From assembly GCF_964355755.1 (NCBI RefSeq), contig NC_092677.1:21563175-21627174 (forward strand): a DNA stretch of 64,000 nt. The letters run 5' to 3'. Made by a program: the position numbers and the translations under genes. The notes beneath the pieces are model-generated. The model did no database searches. It saw nothing but the letters and a program-made list of their open reading frames with translations, and had not been told where the DNA came from. Positions 55,301 through 64,000 of this stretch are shown piece by piece. Within the stretch, counting starts at the first letter, position 1, and each line of letters starts with the position of its first letter. This DNA comes from Antedon mediterranea (taxonomy: Eukaryota > Animalia > Echinodermata).

Positions 55301-58300
55301 ATGCCATGCAACTTTGTTTCTGATTTGTTTAGGCCTGAAATTTACAACCCTCAAAATATCTCATTTTCAAAAACCATATTTATTTTCAATTTAAAAAAAA
55401 AAGAAAAAAAAAAATCCCTAGAGGTTCGACCCACTACTCAGAGCACTCAAACCTGAGCATTACCCGTTACGCCACAAACCAGTAGATGACTGAAGAGCTG
55501 ATAATAGTCTATTTATATGAAATGAATGATCAATCAATGAAAAATAATGCCATGCTACTTTGTTTCTGATTTTAAAAAATATCCATTTGTTTAGGCCTGA
55601 CATTTACAACCCTAAAAAATATCTCATTTTCAAAAAAAATATTTATTTTCAATAAGAAAAAAAAAGGCAATATCCCTAGAGGTTCGAACCCACTACTGCG
55701 AGAACTCAAACCTGAGCATTACCCGTTACGCCTCAAACCAGTAGATGACTGAAGAGCTGATAATACTCTATTTATATGAAATTAATAATAAATCAATGAA
55801 AAATAATGCCATGCAACTTTGTTTCTGATTTTAAAAAAGGTCCACTTGTTTAGGCCTGACATTTACAACCCTCAAAATATCTCCCTTTCAAAAACCATAT
55901 TTATTTTCAATTTAAAAAAAAAAGAAAAAAAATATCCCTAGAGGTTCGACCCACTACTCAGAGCACTCAAAATTGAGCATTACCCGTTACGCCACAAACC
56001 AGTAGATGACTGAAGAGCTGATAATAGTCTATTTATATGAAATGAATGATCAATCAATGAAAAATAATGCCATGCAACTTTGTTTCTGATTTAAAAAAAG
56101 GTTCACTTGTTTTGGCCTGACATTTACAACCCTCAAAATATCTCACTTTCAAAAACAATATTTTTTCAATTAAAAAAAAAAGAAATAAAATATCAGTAGA
56201 GGTTTGAACCCACTAGTGAGAGCACTCAAACTTGGGCATTACCCGCTACGCCACAAACCAGTAGATGACTGAAGAGCTGATAATACTCTATTTATATGAA
56301 ATAAATAATAAATCAATGAAAAATAATGCCATGCAACTTTGTTTCTGATTTTAAAAAAGGTTCATTTGTTTAGGCCTGTCATTTACAACCCTCAAAATAT
56401 CTCACCTTAAAAAAAAATATTTATTTTCAATAAAAAAAAAAGAAAAGAAAAATCCCTAGAGGTTCGAACCCATTACTGCGAGCACTCACACTTGAGCATT
56501 ACCCGTTACGCCTCAAACCAGTAGATGACTGAAGAGCTGATAATACTCTATTTATATGAAATGAATAATAAATCAATGAAAAATAATGCCATGCAACTTT
56601 GTTTCTGATTTTAAAAAAGGTTCACTTGTTTAGGCCTAACATTTACAACCCTCAAAATATCTCACCTTCAAAAACAATATTTATTTTCAAATAAAAAAAA
56701 AAGAAAAAAAATATCCCTAGAAGTTCGAACCCACTATTGAAATCACTCAAACCTGAGCATTAACCGTTCGCCGCAAACCATTTTATGACTGAAGAGCTGA
56801 TAATAGTCTATTTATATGAAATGGATGATCAATCAATGAAAAATAATGCCATGCAACTTTGTTTCTGATTTTAAAAAAGGTTCACTTGTTTAGGCCTGAC
56901 ATTTACAACCCTCAAAATATCTCAATTTCAAAAACAATATTTATTTTAAATAAAAAAAAAAAAGAAACAAAATATCCGTAGAGGTTCGAACCCACTAGTG
57001 AGAGCACTCAAACTTGAGAATTACCCGTTACGCCACAAACCAGTAGATGACTGAAGAGCTGACAATACTCTATTTATATGAAATGAATGATCAATCAATG
57101 AAAAATAATGCCATTCAACTTTGTTTCTGATTTTAAAAAAGGTCCACTTGTTTAGGCCTGTCATTTACAACCCTCAAAATATCTCACCTTCAAAAAAAAT
57201 ATTTATTTTCAATAAAAAAAAAAAGAAAAGAAATATCCCTAGAGGTTCGAACCCACTACTGCGAGCACTCAAACTTGAGCATTACCCGTTACGCCTCAAA
57301 CCAGTAGATGACTGAAGAGCTGATAATACTCTATTTATATGAAATGAATAATAAATCAATGAAAAATAATGCCATGCAACTTTGTTTCTGATTTAAAAAA
57401 AGGTTCACTTGTTTAGGCCTGACATTTACAACCCTCAAAATATCTCACTTTCAAAAACAATATTTATTTTAAATAAAAAAAAAAAAAAGAAACAAAATAT
57501 CCGTAGAGGATCGAACCCACTAGTGAGAGCACTCAAACTTGAGCATTACCCGTTACGCCACAAACCAGTAGATGACTGAAGAGCTGATAATACTCTATTT
57601 ATATGAAATAAATAATAAATCAATGAAAAATAATGCCATGCAACTTTGTTTCTGATTTTAAAAAAGGTCCACTTGTTTAGGCCTGACATTTACAACCCTC
57701 AAAATATCTCACTTTCAAAAACAATATTTATTTTCAATAAAAAAAAAAAAAAAAAATATTCGTAGAGGTTCGAACCCACTACTGCGAGAACTCAAACCTG
57801 AGCATTACCCGTTACGCCTCAAACCAGTAGATGACTGAAGAGCTGATAATACTCTATTTATATGAAATTAATAATAAATCAATGAAAAATAATGCAATGC
57901 AACTTTGTTTCTGATTTTAAAAAAGGTTCATTTGTTTAGGCCTGTCATTTACAACCCTCAAAATATCTCACCTTCAAAAAAAATATTTATTTTCAATAAA
58001 AAAAAAAAAGAAAAGAAATATCCCTAGAGGTTCGAACCCACTACTGCGAGCACTCAAACTTGAGCATTACCCGTTACGCCTCAAACCAGTAGATGACTGA
58101 AGAGCTGATAATACTCTATTTATATGAAATGAATAATAAATCAATGAAAAATAATGCCATGCAACTTTGTTTCTGATTTTAAAAAAGGTTCACTTGTTTA
58201 GGCCTGACATTTACAACCCTCAAAATATCTCACCTTCAAAAACAATATTTATTTTCAAATAAAAAAAAAAGAAAAAAAATATCCCTAGAAGTTCGAACCC

Positions 58301-61300
58301 ACTATTGAAATCACTCAAACCTGAGCATTAACCGTTCGCCGCAAACCATTTTATGACTGAAGAGCTGCTAATAGTCTATTAATATGAAATAGATGATCAA
58401 TCAATGAAAAATAATGCCATGCAACTTTGTTTCTGATTTTAAAAAACGTTCACTTGTTTAGGCCTGACAGTTGCAACCCTCAAAATATCTCACTTTCAAA
58501 AAAAATATTTATTTTCAATTAAAAAAAAAAGAAAAAAAAAATACCCGTATAGGTTCGAACCCACTACTGAGAGCACTCAAACCTGAGCATTACACGTTAC
58601 GCCACAAACCAGTAGATTACTGAGGAGCTGATAATAGTCTATATATATGAAATGAATGATCAATCAATGAAAAATAATGCCATGTAACTTTGTTTCTGAT
58701 TGAAAAAAATGTTCACTTGTTTAGGCCTGACATTTACAACCCTCAAAATATCTCACTTTCAAAAACAATATTTATTTTCAAATAAAAAAAAAAAAAATAT
58801 CCCTAGAAGTTCGAACCCACTATTGAAATCACTCAAAACTGAGCATTACCCGTTACGCCGCAAACCAGTATATAACTGAAGAGCTGATAATAGTCTATTT
58901 ATATGAAATGGATGATCAACCAATGAAAAATAATGCCATGCAACTTTGTTTCTGATTTTAAAAAAGATCCACTTGTTTAGGCCTGACATTTACAACCCTC
59001 AAAATATCTCACTTTCAAAAACAATATTTATTTTCAATTTAAAAAAAAAAAAATCCCTAGAGGTTCGAACCCACTACTGAAAGCACTCAAACCTGAGCAT
59101 TATCCGTTACGCCACAAACCAGTAGATGACTGCGGAGCTGATAATAGTCCATTTATATGAAATGAATGATCAATCAATGAAAAATAATGCCATGCAACTT
59201 TGTTTCTGATTTTAAAAAAGGTCCACTTGTTTAGGCCTGACATTTACAACCCTCAAAATATCTCGCTTTCAAAAACAATATTTATTTTCAATTAAAAAAA
59301 AAAGAAAAAAAATATTCGTAGAGGTTCGGACCCACTACTGCGAGAACTCAAACCTGAGCACTACCGGTTACGCCACAAACCAGTAGATGACTGAAGAGCT
59401 GATAACAGTCTATTTATATGAAACGAATGATCCATCAATGTAAAATGATGTTATGCAACTTTGTTTCTGATTTTTAAAAAAGGTTCACTTGGTTAGGCTT
59501 GACATTTAAAACCCTCAAAATATCTCACTTTCAAAAACCATATTTATTTTCAATTTAAAAAAAAGAAAAAAAATATCCCTTGAGGTTCGACCCACTCCTC
59601 ACAGCACTCAATCCTGAGCATTACCCGCTACGCCACAAACCAGTAGATGACTGAAGAGCTGATAATAGTCTATTTATATGAAATGAATTATCAATCAATG
59701 AAAAATAATGCCATGCAACTTTGTTTCTGATTTTAAAAAAGGTCCACTTGTTTAGGCCTGACATTTACAACCCTCAAAATATCTCACTTTCAAAAACCAT
59801 ATTTATTTTCAATTTAAAAAAAAAAGAAAAAAAGTATCCCTAGAGGTTCGACCCACTACTCAGAGCACTCAAACCTGAGCATTACTCGTTACGCCACAAA
59901 CCAGTAGATGACTGAAGAGCTGGTAATAGTCTATTTATATGAAATGAATTATCAATCAATGAAAAATAATGCCATGCAACTTTGTTTCTGATTTTAAAAA
60001 ATTTCCATTTGTTTAGGCCTGACATTTACAACCCTAAAAAATATCTCATTTTCAAAAAAAATATTTATTTTCAATAAGAAAAAAAAAAGCAATATCCCTA
60101 GAGGTTGGAACCCGCTACTGAGAGCACTCAAACCTGGGTATTACCCGTTACGCCACAAACCAGTAGATAACTGAAGAGCTGATAATAGTCTATTTATATG
60201 AAATTAATGATCAATCAATGAAAAATAATGCCATGCAACTTTGTTTCAGATTTTAAAAAAGGTCCACTTGTTTAGGCCTGACATTTACAACCCTCAAAAT
60301 ATCTCACTTTCAAAAACAATATTTTTTTCAATAAAAAAAAAAAAGAAAACAAATATGCGTAGAGGTTCGAACCCACTACTGCGAGAACTCAAACCTGAGC
60401 ATTACCCGTTACGCCTCAAAGCAGTAGATGACTGAAGAGCTGATAATACTCTATTTATATGAAATTAATAATAAATCAATGAAAAATAATGCCATGCAAC
60501 TTTGTTTCTGATTTTAAAAAAGGTTCACTTGTTTAGGCCTGACATTTACAACCCTCAAAATATCTCACTTTCAAAAACAATATTTATTTTAAATAAAAAA
60601 AAAAAAGAAACAAAATATCCGTAGAGGTTCGAACCCACTAGTGAGAGCACTCAAACTTGAGCATTACCCGTTACGCCACAAACCAGTAGATGACTGAAGA
60701 GCTGACAATACTCTATTTATATGAAATGAATGATCAATCAATGAAAAATAATGCCATGCAACTTTGTTTCTGATTTTAAAAAAGGTCCACTTGTTTAGGC
60801 CTGACATTTACAACCCTCAAAATATCTCACTTTCAAAAACAATATTTATTTTCAATTAAAAAAAAAAAAAAAAAAATATTCGTAGAGGTTCGAACCCACT
60901 ACTGCGAGAACTCAAACCTGAGCATTACCCGTTACGCCTCAAACAAGTAGATGACTGAAGAGCTGATAATACTCTATTTATATGAAATTAATAATAAATC
61001 AATGAAAAATAATGCAATGCAACTTTGTTTCTGATTTTAAAAAAGGTTCATTTGTTTAGGCCTGTCATTTACAACCCTCAAAATATCTCACCTTCAAAAA
61101 AAATATTTATTTTCAATAAAAAAAAATAAGAAAAGAAATATCCCTAGAGGTTCGAACCCACTACTGCGAGCACTCAAACTTGAGCATTACCCGTTACGCC
61201 TCAAACCAGTAGATGACTGAAGAGCTGATAATACTCTATTTATATGAAATGAATAATAAATCAATGAAAAATAATGCCATGCAACTTTGTTTCTGATTTT

Positions 61301-64000
61301 AAAAAAGGTTCACTTGTTTAGGCCTGACATTTACTACCCTAAAAATATCTCACCTTCAAAAACAATATTTATTTTCAAATAAAAAAAAAAGAAAAAAAAT
61401 ATCCCTAGAAGTTCGAACCCACTATTGAAATCACTCAAACCTGAGCATTAACCGTTCGCCGCAAACCATTTTATGACTGAAGAGCTGATAATAGTCTATT
61501 TATATGAAATGGATGATCAATCAATGAAAAATAATGCCATGCAACTTTGTTTCTGATTTTAAAAAAGGTTCACTTGTTTAGGCCTGACAGTTGCAACCCT
61601 CAAAATATCTCACTTTCAAAAACAATATTTATTTTCAATTAAAAAAAAATGAAAAAAAAAATACCCGTATAGGTTCGAACCCACTACTGAGAGCACTCAA
61701 ACCTGAGCATTACACGTTACGCCACAAACCAGTAGATGACTGAGGAGCTGATAATAGTCTATATATATGAAATGAATGATCAATCAATGAAAAATAATGC
61801 CATGCAACTTTGTTTCTGATTGAAAAAAATGTTCACTTGTTTAGGCCTGACATTTACAACCCTCAAAATATCTCACTTTCAAAAACAATATTTATTTTCA
61901 AATAAAAAAAAAAAAAAAAAATATCCCTAGAAGTTCGAACCCACTATTGAAATCACTCAAAACTGAGCATTACCCGTTACGCCGCAAACCAGTATATAAC
62001 TGAAGAGCTGATAATAGTCTATTTATATGAAATGGATGATCAACCAATGAAAAATAATGCCATGCAACTTTGTTTCTGATTTTAAAAAAGGTCCACTTGT
62101 TTAGGCCTGACATTTACAACCCTCAAAATATCTCACTTTCAAAAACAATATTTATTTTCAATTAAAAAAAAAAAAAATCCCTAGAGGTTCGAACCCACTA
62201 CTGAAAGCACTCAAACCTGAGCATTATCCGTTACGCCACAAACCAGTAGATGACTGCGGAGCTGATAATAGTCCATTTATATGAAATGAATGATCAATCA
62301 ATGAAAAATAATGCCATGCAACTTTGTTTCTGATTTTAAAAAAGGTCCACTTGTTTAGGCCTGACATTTACAACCCTCAAAATATCTCGCTTTCAAAAAC
62401 AATATTTATTTTCAATTAAAAAAAAAAGAAAAAAAATATTAGTAGAGGTTCGAACCCACTACTGCGAGAACTCAAACCTGAGCACTACCGGTTACGCCAC
62501 AAACCAGTAGATGACTGAAGAGCTGATAACAGTCTATTTATATGAAATGAATGATCCATCTATGTAAAATGATGTTATGCAACTTTGTTTCTGATTTTTA
62601 AAAAAGGTCTACTTGTTTAGGCCTGACATTTACAACCCTCAAAATATCTCACTTTCAAAAACCATATTTATTTTCAATTTAAAAAAAAAAGTATCCCTAG
62701 AGGTTCGACCCACTACTCAGAGCACTCAAACCTGAGCATTACTCGTTACGCCACAAACCAGTAGATAACTGAAGAGCTGATAATAGTCTATTTATATGGA
62801 ATTAATGATCAATCAATGAAAAATAATGCCATGCAACTTTGTTTCTGATTTTAAAAAAGGTCCACTTGTTTAGGCCTGACATTTACAACCCTCAAAATAT
62901 CTCACTTTCAAAAACAATATTTTTTTCAATAAAAAAAAAAAAAAAAAAATATTCGTGGAGGTTCGAACCCACTACTGCGAGAACTCAAACCTGAGCATTA
63001 CCCGATACGCCTCAAACCAGTAGATGACTGAAGAGCTGATAATACTCTATTTATATGAAATTAATAATAAATCAATGAAAAATAATGCCATGCAACTTTG
63101 TTTCTGATTTTAAAAAAGGTTCACTTGTTTAGGCCTGACATTTACAACCCTCAAAATATCTCACTTTCAAAAACAATATTTATTTTAAATAAAAAAAAGA
63201 AAGAAACAAAATATCCCTAGAGGTTCGACCCACAACTCAGAGCACTCAAACCTGAGCATAACCCTTTACGCCACAAACCAGTAGATGACTGAAGAGCTGA
63301 TAATAGTCTATTTATATGAAATCAATGATCAATCAATGAAAAATAATGCAATGCAACTTTGTTTCTGATTTTAAAAAATATCCATTTGTTTAGGCCTGAC
63401 ATTCACAACCCTAAAAAATATCTCATTTTCAAAAAAAATATTTATTTTCAATAAGAAAAAAAAAAGCAATATCCCTAGAGGTTCGAACCCACTACTGCGA
63501 GAACTCAAACCTGAGCATTACCCGTTACGCCTCAAACCAGTAGATGACTGAAGAGCTGATAATACTCTATTTATATGAAATTAATAATAAATCAATGAAA
63601 AATAATGCCATGCAACTTTGTTTCTGATTTTAAAAAAAGTTCACTTGTTTAGGCCTGACATTTACAACCCTCAAAATATCTCACTTTCAAAAACAATATT
63701 TATTTTAAATAAAAAAAAAAAAAGAAACAAAATATCCGTAGAGGATCGAACCCACTAGTGAGAGCACTCAAACTTGAGCATTACCCGTTACGCCTCAAAC
63801 CAGTAGATGACTGAAGAGCTGCTAATACTCTATTTATATGAAATAAATAATAAATCAATGAAAAATAATGCCATGCAACTTTGTTTCTGATTTTAAAAAA
63901 GGTCCACTTGTTTAGGCCTGACATTTACAACCCTCAAAATATCTCACTTTCAAAAACAATATTTATTTTCAATAAAAAAAAAAAAAAAAAAAAAAATATT

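Larger units (their letters stand above)
5142..64000 (-). repeat. Satellite B, about 260-bp tRNA-derived/SINE-like tandem repeat, about 220 copies, interrupted once by a Helitron; runs off window end
   Basis: The unit ATGCCATGCAACTTTGTTTCTGA...AGGCCTGACATTTACAACCCTCAAAATATCTC...poly(A)...GGTTCGAACCC...GTTACGCC...GAAGAGCTGATAAT repeats head-to-tail. Period is 255-264 bp (equivalent positions 15552/15807, 18160/18420, 27233/27497). Strand is given as that of the embedded tRNA-like unit. Confidence 0.97.

Noticed and set aside
11085-60435. Dozens of similar 60-80 aa ORFs (MFLILKKVHLFRPDIY…)
   Set aside because: These are readings of the satellite monomer, mostly with TTG starts. Frame and C-terminus change with poly(A) length (poly-K), the frame is broken in most monomers, and there is no recognisable domain.
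5142-64000. CRISPR-like repeat/spacer array
   Set aside because: Variable parts are point variants of one sequence, not unique spacers. The unit is 260 bp and there are no cas genes.
5142-64000. 5S rDNA, spliced-leader or snRNA tandem array
   Set aside because: No recognisable 5S, SL or snRNA sequence; the internal promoter is tRNA-type A+B. An Rfam search would be the definitive test.
1-64000. Satellite B (~260 bp) as a trimer of satellite A (3 x 87 bp)
   Set aside because: Only the lengths coincide. No sequence similarity or internal 87-bp subrepeat is visible.

Overview
AT-rich, almost entirely tandem-repetitive DNA, most consistent with eukaryotic (probably invertebrate; inference) heterochromatin. 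No credible protein-coding gene is present: every ORF in the track is a short reading of a satellite monomer. Layout: (1) 1-5141, an 87/88-bp satellite whose orientation flips at 3852/3853 through a hairpin-like junction. (2) 5142-64000, a satellite of about 260 bp (about 220 copies, estimated from length divided by period). On the minus strand each monomer carries an apparent RNA polymerase III cassette: TATA at about -30, tRNA-type A box, B box at tRNA spacing, and an oligo-T terminator. The cassette encloses a degenerate tRNA-like sequence of about 70-80 nt that occurs as several discrete variants arranged in mosaic higher-order repeats. (3) 24084-25363, a 1280-bp non-autonomous Helitron (5' TC ... 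hairpin-CTAG 3', inserted at A^T, no target-site duplication) that landed in the TATA motif of one monomer. Empty paralogous sites at 28234/5 and 33963/4 confirm its boundaries. All alignments were done by eye.
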